Assembly: GCA_030390025.1 (NCBI GenBank)
Contig: CM059433.1
Coordinates: forward strand, 20,648,001-20,712,000
DNA length: 64,000 nucleotides
From: Squalus acanthias
Taxonomy: Eukaryota
Reading direction: 5' to 3'
Shown in pieces: positions 25,211 to 37,560 of this stretch. A program made the position numbers and the translations under genes. Under the pieces are notes generated by a model. That model ran no database searches. It had not been told where the DNA came from and worked only from the letters and a program-made list of their open reading frames with translations. Each line of letters starts with the position of its first letter. The first letter of the stretch is position 1.

Positions 25211-26468
25211 TCAATTATATAGCTGCATGCTGCTAAAGATTTTTGGTATTGTGCCAACGTGCCAATCTAGAAAACCAGCAGCAAAAGTTGACAGGCAGCT
25301 TCAAAAAAACTCACATCCAAAAAATAACAACTCAAGATAAAATGACAAAAGTGCCTTGAATAAGGGCTATGATCAGGGTCAGTGTTTATGCTGACTGATA
25401 AATTCTGCTGTATTTACATGGCTTTTAACCAATGTTACGGAGAGCACCTAACATGACTCGGTCTTTTACTCTGAATACCAAAACCCAACGGCCCTACCTA
25501 TGTAAAGTGAAAATATATAGTTACACTCAGAGTGCAGTGGGACATGAGCTTCTTGTAATTTAAACTGTAGACATACTGAACATTTCATAATTTGTATTGA
25601 AGAGTAAAAAGAAATTACAAAAAAAGTCTATTTATTGCAGGGGAAAATTTAACAATTTCTTAGAGGGATTCTGAGCACTAAATTGTGAAGATTTGTTTTT
25701 CTGGCAGGAAGGAGACGGAAGGAGTTAAACACTTTTTTGTTTATCCCTTCTTGGCTATCGAACATTTTAGAGCTATGAAGACAGTGATGCGACTTGAGAC
25801 TAGTTCCACTGTTAAGAATTATCACAGAATTTGTAACTGCCTTTGCACTCAACATGTCCATCCAATGGTGAAGTAGGCTTCTGTTACAATGTGCTGTGCA
25901 AATGATAAGAACCAGATCATGACCACTTTTATGGACACCATGAATTCCCAATCTTGGTTGAGTCACTGGGAATGGTGCTCTATGGAGCCAAGCAGTTCCA
26001 TCATTTCAGGGAAATAAAAGTCATTATGAGAGTGAAGGTCCAACAATTGACATAGTATCTTGAACATAGCAAAGTGTTCCAGGGCGTTTCACAGTTGGTG
26101 GGTAGGCTGAGCAGGTGTAGAAGGGAGATTAGGAGATGTGGCAGAATGCCCGTCTGAAAGATGTTTTTGATGGTGAGGATTGATGTAGTGAGTCAAAGGG
26201 GTTTAGGGGCAAAATTCCTGAATCTGGGAGAAGGGATAGAACAGAAGGCAAGAGTGCCAATGTTCCAGCAGGGGCTCAACAGGATGACTTTGGATTTGCC
26301 AATACTGAGCTTTGAGACATTCTGGCTCCTCGACAATTTGCTGCTGGCCAGGCAGTCCAGCAACATGGCAATAGTCATTGAATAAAGGGTGGTGATGGAG
26401 ACATAATGCTGGGTATTATTGACATACTTACTGACATACATACATAAATCTGACCCCATATTGATAAT

Positions 26469-27237
26469 GGCTCTGAATTTGCGGTCGGAGGCTTCCCGCG
26501 GGGAAGTGCCTCCGATCAGCAAATAAAATCCGTGCCCACCTGGTGGTCCGGGAGGTACGGCGACTCGCGCTCTTGGGCCTCCCCGGGTACCCGTGGGAAG
26601 AGGCCCACGTATCCCAGGGCACAGGCGTTTGGCGAGCGCCTCTGGGATCATGTAGGATGGCCCAACGAGTGACAGAAGGGAATCACTATTTACGCTTATG
26701 GGGATTCCATACGTACAGAAACCCCATAAGTTGGAATGGGAATACCCCAAAAAATACCTGTACACGTCAAATAATTTTTTTTTTTAAATCACATATTTAA
26801 AATTAATTAAAATGGCATTTAATTAAACATTTAAAACAAAAATTTAATTTTTTGAAAAATAAATTTACATGTTTTAAAGGGGCTAAAAATAACCTTACCT
26901 TATTTAATGAGTTTTTAATGTATAAATTATTGCTAACATTTTATTTTTCAGTTTTTTAAAGCTCTTACACTGATAAAAGCAGGCCTTACGTCTGCTTTTT
27001 CCAGGCGTAAGAATTTCACGGGCATTCGCTGGGCAGAAGTTGGACAAATAGCGCAACTCTCCACCCACGGAGGCCCTTTTCCCGGGGGTGCAGATGATCT
27101 GTCAAGAAAATTCTTGACAGATCGCAAGTTCCGGGATTTAGCGCATGCGCAGCGCATGCCTAAACCCAGAACTTGCGCGGACCTTACGGGCACGTGTGCA
27201 CCTCGTACGCACCCATAGGGGCTACAAATTATGGCCC
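26469..27237. mobile_element. Harbinger-type MITE, 769 bp
   Basis: TIRs GGCTCTGAATTTGCGG and GGGCCATAATTTGTAG. AAT TSD at 26466-26468 and 27238-27240. A homologous copy lies at 44055-46326. Confidence 0.82.
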
Positions 27238-28687
27238 AATGCCTCCTTGGGGTAACATATGGACAAGGAATAGAAGGGGCCCAAGGATGGAACTTTAGCC
27301 ACCTTCCTTTTCCTTGTAGCACACCACAGGTAACCGTGGTGCATTTTTGTACATTATTTTGTGGCCAACACACAGCAACAATAATGCCCACTCTTTTGCA
27401 CTATCTAATGGACACCACCAAGAGGCATTCTAGTCCATTCTTGTGGATCAGCTACTGGCTGGAATATTTCCACCTTTATCCACCAGCAAATTGCAGGCAG
27501 AGAGAGAGAGAGAGAGGGGGGGAGAATAACATTAAACGTGAAAAAATTGAAAAGATATTCCGCACCAAGATTTAACATAAACTTGTTGCAATGTTCTACT
27601 GGCTCTTGTACAGCTTATGATATCCCAAAAGGACCATTGAATATGCTCGCACAATAGCAATGATTGAGATTTGTTTGATTTCATACAGTAGAGTTTAGTT
27701 TGTGATTATGATAAAAGGCACTGCTCTGAGACGTGTGGGGAATTTAAATGGCGACATTGTTGAATGTTTACTTGCTTGCCACCAGACTGTGGTTAAAGTG
27801 ACATTTCTTCAGAAAAGGTAGCCGCTTTGAAGTCCTGTATAACCTTTGACCTTGCTCTCGTTGCTTTATTACTACGACCTCACATTATCTTAGCCTTTCC
27901 TAATACAAAGACTGGTTTGCACCACCTGTAAAAATTGTGTTACATTTCCTTTGGAGACTTTGGGGTAGAAATTCGAGCATTTGCGGGTGTGCGGGGGGCG
28001 CATGGTACATTCCAACGATTCACAACCCTCAGAGTGAAGAAATTTCTCCTCATCTCAGTCCTAAATGGCCGCTCATTATCCTGAGACTATGACCCCTAGT
28101 TCTAGACTCTCTGGCCAGGGGAAAAAGCCTCTCAGCATCTACCCTGTCAAACCCTCTAAGAATTTTATACGTTTCAATGAGATCACTTCTCATTCTTCTA
28201 AACTCCAGAGAATATAGGCCCATTCTACTCAATCTCTCTTCATCGGACAGCCCTCTTATCCTAGGAATCAATCTAGTGAACCTTCGTTGCACCGCCTCTA
28301 AGGCAAGTAAGGAGACCAAAACTGTACACAGTACTCCGGGTATGGTCTCACCAAAGCCATATATAATTGCAAAAAAAACGTCCTTACTATTATACTGCAA
28401 CTCCCTTGCAATAAAGGCTAACATACCATTTGCCTTCCTAATTGCTTGCTGTACCTGTACATTAACTTTGTTTCGTGTACAAGGACACGCAAATCCCTCT
28501 GAATCCCAACATTTGCTAGTCACTCACCTTTTAAAAAATATTCTGCTTTTCCATTCTTCCTACCAAAGTGGCATATTCACACTTCCCCACATTATACTCC
28601 ATCTGCCACCTTCTTGCCCAATCACATAACCGGTCGATATCCCTTTGCAGCCTCTTTATGTCATCCTCACAGCTTACTTCCCCACCT

Positions 28688-29155
28688 AAAAGAAAGACTT
28701 GCATTTATATAGCGCCTTTCACGGCCACCTGACATCTCAAAGCGCTTTACAGTCAATGAAGTACTTTTGAAGTGTAGTCACTGTTGTAATGTGGGAAACG
28801 TGGCAGCCAATTTGCGCACAGCAAGCTCCCACAAACAGCAATGTGGTAATGACCAGATAATCTGTTTTTGTTATGTTGGTTGAGAGATAGGTATTGGCCA
28901 GGACGCCGGGGATAACTCCCCTACTCTTCTTCAAAATAGTGCCATGGGATCTTTTACGTCCACCTGAGAGAGCAGATGGTGCCTCGATTTAACATTTCAT
29001 CTGACAGACGACACCTCCGACAGTGCAGCATTCCCTCAGCACTGCATTGGAGTGTCAGCCTAGCTTTATATGCTCAAGTCCCTGAAGTGGGACTATGAAC
29101 CCACAGCCTTCTGACTCAGAGGCGCAGGTGCTACCCACTGAGCCACAGCTGACAC
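28688..29155 (-). mobile_element. Deu-domain tRNA SINE inserted into the CR1
   Basis: Full-length family copy with a caccta duplication on both sides. Confidence 0.85.
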
Positions 29156-29166
29156 CTAGCTTTGTG

Positions 29167-31180
29167 CGCACCTCTGGAAGTGGCTTAGTGAGTTGCAGTG
29201 ACTGGGGAGACATAACGGAACCTCCAACAACGGTGGTCAGTGTGAAAGGAATGGCTTGGTTATTGTAGGGATGCTTTATGGTGTTGATGTGGGGTGTTGC
29301 CAACCTGGCGCAGCATGTGGCAGCCATATGGGCAACACGGTGGCATAGTGGTTAGCACTGTTGCCTCACAGCGCCAGGGACCCGGGTTCGAATCCGGCCT
29401 CGGGTGACTGTCTGTGTGGAGTTTGCACATTCTCCCCATGTCTGCGTGGGTTTCCTTCGGGTGCTCCGGTTTCCTCCCACAGTCCAAAGAGGTGCGGGTT
29501 AGGTTGATTTGACTATGATAAATTGACCCTTAGTGTTAGGGGGATTAAATACGTGGGGTTGCGGGGATAGGGTGGGATATGTGTCGGTGCAGGCTCGATG
29601 GGCCGAAATGGCCTCTATCTGCACTGTGGGGATTCTGTGATTCTGTGATTCATATGGGCATACAGCGGAAAGTTACGTAAATATGGCCTCCCCGGCAGCA
29701 ATGTGCTCGGGTGCTGATGCCCTCTGTCCTGTGCAGCATCAGGTGGTTGCGGGGAAGATTGGTGTTGTTGTTGTTGGTGCTGCTGGTGTGTCTGGTACTG
29801 CTGGTGTTGGGGGTCATCGTGGTCAGATTCTGAGGGCCAAGGTGAGACAGTATAAACGGCACCCATGCTGATGAAATAGATGGCAAGTCAAGCAGAGTTG
29901 ACAGAAGCAATCTGTCAATGGTGAGAGAGGTTCTTCCATTGAGGTGACACTGGATGGAGACTTTGCTGGAAACACTTGCAGCCTGCAGAAAGTTAAATCT
30001 GTGCTGGCAATGTAGTCAGCAACAGCTTTTGCCTGAGGAAAGTGATCAGCTGTGAAGTGGGAGCTTTTATTGTACATTTGATGCTGTCAAGTAATCAGCT
30101 GGAGCAATGGCCACTCAACTCCTGCCTCAGGTTGACAGACGTGGTTCCCAAGCTGTGTGAATCCCATGGCCATGTAGGGAAATTTGAAATGTATGGGGAA
30201 AAAGGCTCTTAAGTGTCTGACAACAAGCTTATAATGATTTCAGTTAGGTCGCCCACCTCTGCCGATCGGGTCGCTGCCGTACCTCCAATTCTCTCACTCT
30301 CCCTCTTATTGTACATTCTCTTCTCCTGCAAGGACGGAAAGAAGAGCAGATTGAGTGAGAGTGATGAATGAGTGTAAGGAATGGATGTGTTACATCTTTA
30401 GAGGGAGACTATGATGGATTGGGGTGGCAATGCCAAGTGGGCTCCTTGCGTGTTGTTAGTTGGTATGATTGCATTAGGATGAGGCTGAGTGTGAGGGGTG
30501 GCTAGTAAGATGGAGCTGTGATAATGTAGATGGAGAGAGAGAGATGGGTGGACGTGCAAGGTATGTTGGTGTGGGTAAGGATGTGCAGGAGTAGGGTTGG
30601 GGAGGCAGAGTGATGGGGATGTGATGAGAAGCACAGCAGGATGAAGTTGAGTGTGGCTTTGTACTCACCTTTCCAGATCTGATGAGATCATTGAAACGTT
30701 TGCGGCACTGCACCCAGGTCCTCCTGAACACATCCCTGCTGTTGACCTCCTCTGCAATTTGGAACCAGGCTGTCTTTGCCTCCTGGGGAGGTCTCTTCCA
30801 CCCATTGAAAGGACCTCCCTGCGTGCTCTGACTCTCTCCACAAGGATATGGAGGGAGTCAGCGGAGAACCTGGGTGCAGCCCTCTGCCACTGTGCAGCCA
30901 TCTCTCCAACTGTTTGGAGCAATGAAAACCTCCAGGTGCTGCCTGCACTCCTAGATGAACCTTCAAATGCAATGTGGCCATGGCTCCTTTAAATATACCG
31001 GCTGAAAACGCATCATCAGACCCAAATCATTTAATTGGGCCAGGTAACGCGCTGGGCGGGCTTAATAGGTCTCATTATCGGAAAGTCGTTTTCTGCAGCG
31101 GGATGGAAGCAGCAACAGGGTCGTGACCTGCCACGCCAACTGCCCGCACCCGACCTGCCCAGGCACAGAAAATTCCGGCC
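29167..31180 (-). mobile_element. Second Harbinger-family remnant, internally deleted, one TIR
   Basis: End GGCCGGAATTTTC at 31180 followed by ATT. Myb exon 1 at 30901-30669 reads MAAQWQRAAPRFSADSL…RRTWVQCRKRFNDLIRSGK (frameshifted), donor GTGAGT. Exon 2 starts at 30325 with EKRMYNKRESERIGG. A Gln/His-rich MGAV… ORF at 29866-29680 is possibly the transposase N-terminus. Confidence 0.75.
29330..29650 (+). mobile_element. HE1-like V-SINE inserted in the Harbinger remnant
   Basis: Near-identical to 16476-16779. catatgggca is duplicated at 29325-29334 and 29651-29660. (gattctgt)n tail. Confidence 0.9.
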
Positions 31181-34100
31181 ATTGTGATTTTCCAAGTGCC
31201 CTTTTACCACGTCCTTAATAAATAGATTTGAGTATTTTCCCTACTACTGATGTCCGATTAAATGGCCTTATAGTTCCTTGTTTCCTCTCTCCCTCCTTTC
31301 TTGAATAGCGGGGTTACATTTGCTACCTTCTAATCCACAGGGACCGTTCTGAATCTAGGGAATTCTGGAAGATCAAAACCAATGCATCCACTATCGCTGC
31401 AGCAACCTCTTTTAGAGCTCTAGGATGTAGGCCATCAGTTCCAAGGGATTTGCTCCTTTTAGTCCCATTAATTTCTGAAGTACTTCTTGTCTACTAATAT
31501 TAATTACTTTAAGTTCCTCACTCTCATTAGACCTCTCATTCCCCACAACCTGATACGTTCTTTGTGTCTTCTACCGTGAAGACAGACACAAAATATTTGT
31601 TTAACATCTCTGCCATTTCCTTATTCCTCATTATAATTTCTCCCCTCTTTGCCTCCAAGGGACCCACGTTTACTTTTGCTAAACTCTTCCATTTTACATA
31701 CCTGTAAAAGCTCTTTCAGTCTGTTTTCATATTTCTTGCTAGTTTACTCTTACTCTATTTTTTTCCCTCTTTATCAATTTCCTGGTCATCTTTGCTGATT
31801 TTTAAAACCCTCCCAATCCTGAGCCTTACTACTCTTTTTGGCAACATGGTAAGCCTCTTCTTTTAATCTAATACTTCTCTAGTTAGCCATGGTTGTACTG
31901 CTTTTCCAGTGGAGTTTTTATTCCTCAAGAGAATGTATATTTGTTGAGAATTATAAATTATTTATTTAAATGTTGACCATTGCTTATCTATCGTCATATC
32001 TTTTAATTGAATTTCCCAATCTACCTCAGCCAACTTGCCTCTCATAACTCCGTAATTGGCTTTATTTAAATTTAAGACCCTAGTTTCAGACTTAACCAAA
32101 TTACTCTCAAACTTAATATGAAATTCTATTATATTATGATAACTCTTCCCCAGAGGATCCTTTACTATAAGATTACGAATTAACCCTGTCTCACAATACT
32201 AGATCTAAAATAGCCTGTTCCCCTAGTTGGTTCCTCGACATAGTGTTCTAGAAACTGTCTCGAATGCATTTCAAATTTTGCCTCATTGCATAGATTATAA
32301 AAACTAGCTTTTGCTTATGAAGAAATGTCCTTAATTTGCATTTCAGTACTTGACTAGACAATTATAGGTAAAGCCTCGAAGAGGAAGACAATGTTGAAAT
32401 TTCTCCCTCAGCACCCAAGGTATTCAAGAGAAAATTTCCACCTAAGATTACATTCTACACGATGTAACCCTGGCCAATTGTATTCCATAGATACGTTCTC
32501 ACAGTCTCAGAAGAACCGGACCCATTATATTTCACAGAGTATTTGTGCATCTCTGTCCTTATTTTTAACCTTCAGTCCTTTTATTAACCAGATACACATT
32601 CAGTTCAGTTTTGGAGCTAACTAGTGACTGCTTTCGATTCTCGTGCTACTGCATCACTCAAACAATTACCAATCCACACAAATGATCTAGTGTTGAAAAA
32701 TGATAGGAAAACAGTATTGCTTGGAAAGGAGTTATGAACATTTATTAAGTTATGACTTATGTCATTTTGAATTCTATCAATCTTATTCTGTGCCAGATGT
32801 GCGCTGATTTCCGTTAGTGTTGAGTGTGAACTGGGAAAGTCTTCCACATAATCTACAGTATATAAAGAGTAATAAATAACAATTAACGTTAGCTTCTCCT
32901 CCCTAAATCCAGACTTGATCCTTCAGCAGAGTGCACACATTTCCAAATGATTTATGTTGCCATTAGCTAAATCCTGTGTAATAAAAAAATCACATTTTTT
33001 TATCCCTATATAAAAAAAGTTCACACATGTGTCAAATGAATAAAAAGCACCCAAACAAATTATTTTGATCTTTCAAAATATAGTCATAAAAATTAATTAA
33101 AATTTTTATTGATAACACCATATAGTGTCAGTTGGCGACCATGTTGCAGTTGCTGAAGGATTGATGGCATCATGATCGGGGATGTTTATTCTCTAAACTG
33201 AGGGTGTTTTCTGTGAAGGGCATAGGCAGTCTCCTTAATAGATTAAGATGTGAGAAGTGTTTCTTTATATTTCCGCAGTGTTGATGCTTAAAATCTTTGT
33301 GCCCAGGGCCAAAGTTTTTTTTCTCTGTGCAATTGCTATGCAGTCCCCACCACTTCAAACATTTACGTTTAAATTGAGCTGTCGCTAATATCAGTCAAAT
33401 ATTACAAGAACGTTAAAGCAGAATTTATCTATCCATCCTTCACTGATAATTCACAAAAGCAAACGGCCATTTTAAAATTGTGTCATCTTCAATATCACAC
33501 TACTTTGAAATAGAAACGTAAATGATGCATCAGGCATATTTGTTGTGCAGACTTACCAATATCTCTGCCTTAAGAAATGCGTGTCATCTTAAATTCAGTC
33601 AAACTTTACCTTAAGGGTAATTTCCTTAAAAATAAATACATTTGCTGTTCAGATGATCTGTGTTTGGCATTGGTTTAGGCAGCACTTATTTACGCATAGG
33701 ATAAATTAAGAGATTTTTAGTTGAACAGGTATTCATTGAACAGAACTGTTTCATAAATTAGAAATGAGTTGAATATATTATCTAATAGTGCAATAAAATG
33801 TTTCACCTTCATATGGTTTCAAATGCTATAAAGACAATTTTATGGAGCTGTAATAAAGATTGGCTGCTGATTTTGCAGGATTACTGTTCTTCAATTAAAC
33901 ATTGTTGAGTGCATTGCTATCAACAAGGATGCTGGATTCTATGAAGGACAATGTTGCATGGATCTGAATTCTGAACCATATTATATTCAGGGCCCTAACC
34001 ACGTGCCTGTAAAAATTGCTGCTGAATTCCTCCGTCATTTTTTCCAGTGTTTTCGTTCTCCAAACAATTTTCCCGATTGTAAATGTACCGAAACCAATGC

Positions 34101-34754
34101 CAGTTCCTGATACTCTGGATCCAAATGATGCCAGGTGCCAGCGGTCCTGTAATCTCTATTGATGTACAGTACACTGAAGTGTGCAAGCCATGAAATGTAT
34201 GGGGTTTATGTAACCGCACTGATCAGAGCTCCGTAATCAGCTGGTTTTGTGGAGATTGTCAGTCCAGTTCAGCAGGTAAGTATAAAAGGTGTAAAATACA
34301 TGGCAGCAATGAGTTTCAAATCCATGGATTTTAGATCGGTATCAGCTGACACCATTTCAACTTTTAATGGTTTAAATTGCGTAATTTTTCTCAAGAAAAG
34401 CTGTTCGTTTAGCACTTGCTGCAGAATCCACATGTTCCTGCCACGGAATTCAGTTAGGGTTACTGTAAAAATTGGCCTCGAGGCACTGCAGAATTCTAAG
34501 AGCCACGATTCTGATACAGCAAAAGGCTGACCTATGTAAAGTGGATGCATTGTATTTGGATTAGTTGGTAGCACTCACCTCTGAGTCAGAAGGTTGTAAA
34601 CTCAGACCACAGTATGTAATCTGACTGGCACTCAAGTGCAGCATCGAGGGAGCATTGCATTGTTGGAGGCGCCATCTTTCTAATGAGATGTTAAACTGAA
34701 TCTCCATCTGCTTGTCTGGGTGGATATAAAGCACCCCATGGCACTATTCAAAGA

Positions 34755-34915
34755 TGCGGAGATGCCGGTGTTGGACTGGGGTGGACAAAAGTGAGAAGTC
34801 GCACAACACCAGGTTATAGTCCAACAGTTTTATTTGAAATCACAAGCAGCTCCGAAAGCTTGTGATTTCAAATAAAACTGTTGGACTATAACCTGGTGTT
34901 GTGCGACTTCTCACT
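34755..34915. mobile_element. Short Penelope-like element (inverted terminal repeat plus tail)
   Basis: Perfect 58-bp inverted repeat at 34790-34847 and 34858-34915. cactattcaaaga is duplicated at 34742-34754 and 34912-34924. The arm matches the terminus of the GIY-YIG element at 63445-64000. Confidence 0.8.
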
Positions 34916-35061
34916 ATTCAAAGAAGAACAGGTAGTGTCCTGGTCAACGTTCATTTCTCAACCAACACTGCCAAAACTGGAACTGGTCATTTATCTCATT
35001 TGTTGTTTCTGGGATCTTGCAATGCACAAATTTGGCTTCCATATTTGCTTACATAAACAGT

Positions 35062-35218
35062 CATGATGCGGAGATGCCGGCGTTGGACTGGGGTGGACAA
35101 AAATGAGAAGTCGCACAACACCATTGTAACTTTACCTGAAGAAGGGGCGATAGCTCCGAAAGCTTGTAATTTTAAATAAATCTGTTGGACTATAACCTGG
35201 TGTTGTGCGACTTCTCAT
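35062..35218. mobile_element. Short Penelope-like element carrying a hammerhead motif
   Basis: TSD ttacataaacagt at 35049-35061 and 35219-35231. Same tail and terminal repeat as 34755-34915. Confidence 0.8.
35132..35169 (+). ncRNA. Minimal type I hammerhead ribozyme motif
   Basis: TTAC-CTGAAGA-A-GGGGC-GATA-GCTCC-GAAA-GCTT-GTAA: CUGANGA box, stem II, GAAA box, palindromic stem III (AAGCTT), stem I TTAC/GTAA. Confidence 0.72.
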
Positions 35219-37173
35219 TTACATAAACAGTGACTGCACTTTAAAGAGTTGGTGTAAAGTACTTTGGAATGTCTTGAAGATGTGATAAGGAATTAGATAA
35301 ATACAACCTATTCTTTCCTTCCCCTTCAAATTGGAATCATTTTGTTTTTGAGACACAGAAGTGGCCTTACTTTTGCATTTGAGGACTTCAATTGTCAACC
35401 GTTTTCTTGCTGTTCAGTTGTAAAAATTAAACTTGTCAACGAAAACCTACTCCTTTTTATTCTGTGCCTAATAAAATAAAATAAAATTACGGCATATCAT
35501 TGTGTGTGGCATCTCTATCCTACTGCATCCACCAACTCAACTGTGATTAATTGCTTTCATGAAACACTGCACAACTTCCACAGCGAAAGCAGCAGTGGGA
35601 CTATAGTAGGAGGAGGTGCCTTCCCCCATGTTAATTTGATAATTTCCTTCCTATCTTAATTTATATCATGCATCCATACATCTCTCTTGCCCAGCAGAGA
35701 AGAAATGCAGAGAACTTGCCCCAATGTTTTCCATTGATCCCCTTTCTATTTTGGAGTGTGACCACATGAGTGTTTAAACCACTTTGTGTAATCAATGGAA
35801 ATAAAAATTGGCTGTCGACTCACTATCACCCATTTTACACTATCACACAAAGTCAAGATCTACCCCTATTTGTTCTCCCGCTATCACATTCTATCCTTTG
35901 CCAGCAGCGACTGAATCACAAATGGTCTTTCTGTAGTCATCAGCAGAAAGAACCTTTGATGACTTGATGTTTGGACCCTCAGAAGATGTCACATATCCAG
36001 TTCATCAGTTCGCCAGATATACCGCAAAGGACAATTTTGCTGCTAACAGCTTTAGACATGTCGAGGGCAACTGCTCTTGGTTTTTACTTGGCATTGAGTC
36101 ACTCCGTTTCTCAGCTAACACTTTTGCTGTCAGCCTAAATCACATATCATTTTGTATCTGAATATTTTGTTAACTGATAACCTTTTGTCCTATTTTAACC
36201 ATATACTGCAGCAGAAGGTAAAGAACATGTCACAGAAAATGTTTTCCAAGTATTGGGTCTCAAAGGTAATCTAGTCAAATGGTTTAACTGGCAGAACTTG
36301 GAGAAATGGAAGTTTCTGTTACCACAGTGCTGTTGCAGTTTTGTGCTACTCAGTCACAGCTCTGCAAGTGGAACAGAACATCATTCATCGTTGCTAGGTC
36401 AAAATCCTAGAACTCCCTACCTAACAACATGGTGGGATACCTTCACTACATGGACTGCAGCAGGTCAAGAAGAAGGCCCACCACCACCTTTTCAAGGGCA
36501 ACTAAGGGTGGGCAATAAATGCTGGCCTTGCTAGTGATGTCCATATATCGAGAATGTTTAGGAAAATATACCGTGACAATATCATTGAACAAACAGGGAG
36601 CCGATGACAATAGGCCTCTTATACTTGAAGTCTGATAGCAGGTGGATATTGTGTACAATTATAGTTAAACATTTTTTGTCTTGAACAGTATGACATAGAA
36701 AGACACAATCAGATTTTGAAACTGTGAACAAAAATCTTGTCTTCCATCCTGTCCATATGCTTCAACGAACAGCTGGGCATTACTCTGTACCTCAGTTGTA
36801 GATGGATCTAAAGAACTGACAGCATAAAAAACATTGCATCTTCTGGTTCGAACTGCACTCATTTTAAGGAAAAACATCACATCAGTTTGAATGTACTGCA
36901 ATAAAATGTTGGTAGTACCATGTAGCAACTCCAAGCTTGTGTTCTTGTGCCAGAGTCTCTTTGTGTTGAATGCTTTTGATATATGAGCATTTTATTGAAT
37001 GGGCATATCAGGCTGATGGATTGCATTCTGGTGCTTACTCAGGTAGTGCTTTTTAACTCTTCTATGTGGGCACAGGCTTTCATGTAGTTACAAAACAATG
37101 TTTCAATTTGATCCTAAAAAATCTAAATTTAGACTGCTAATTGCATGATGAGAAATAAATGTGCATTTAATGT

Positions 37174-37560
37174 GTCAGCCTTGGTTCAGTGATAGCACTC
37201 TCTCCTCTAAGTCGTAAAGTTGTGGGTTCATAATCCCATTCTGGAAACTTGAGCACATGATCCAAGTACTGCACTGTCAGAGGTGTCGTCTTTCAGATGA
37301 GACGTTAAACCAAGGTGGCCCTCTCAGGTGGCACTATTCAAAGGTCTGCAGGGAGATTCTTCCTGTGTCCTGGCCAGCATATATCCTTCACCAAACATCA
37401 CTAAAATAGATTATTTGGTCATCTAGCTCATTGCAGTGCGGAAATTGACTGTCACGTTTCCCTACCTTGTAACAGTGACCACACCTCAAAAGCACTTTAT
37501 TGGGTGTGAAGCGCTTTGGATGTCCTGAGGTCATGAAAGGTGCTATACAAATGCAAGTTC
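37174..37560 (+). mobile_element. Degenerate Deu-SINE
   Basis: Head gtcagccttggttcagtgatagcactc, Deu core gtctttcagatgagacgttaaacc, and tail. Further partial copies at 42395-42635 and 53495-53790. Confidence 0.75.

Larger units (their letters stand above)
28010..32270 (-). mobile_element. CR1 family B copy in two pieces (28010-28687 and ~31184-32270), split by nested insertions
   Basis: ORF 28050-28523 contains LEAVQRRFTRLIP and RRMRSDLIETYKI. The upstream part is homologous to 47600-48680. Confidence 0.85.
34560..35310 (+). mobile_element. Degenerate Deu-SINE interrupted by two Penelope-like insertions
   Basis: Head ttagttggtagcactcacctctgagtcagaagg, with Deu core and tail pieces flanking the inserts. 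Confidence 0.75.

Noticed and set aside
27962..28006. Left TIR partner of the Harbinger end at 31180
   Set aside because: GGGGTAGAAATTCGAGC matches GGCCGGAATTTTC poorly and the flanks differ (TTT versus ATT). It is more likely an orphan end of another element.
29330..29400. tRNA gene (also at 2115, 16710 and 38533)
   Set aside because: The A/B-box heads run directly into SINE or LINE bodies, so they are TE heads and not stand-alone tRNAs.
34268..34282. Recursive splice site CAG|GTAAGT
   Set aside because: There is no polypyrimidine tract upstream, so the acceptor half is weak.
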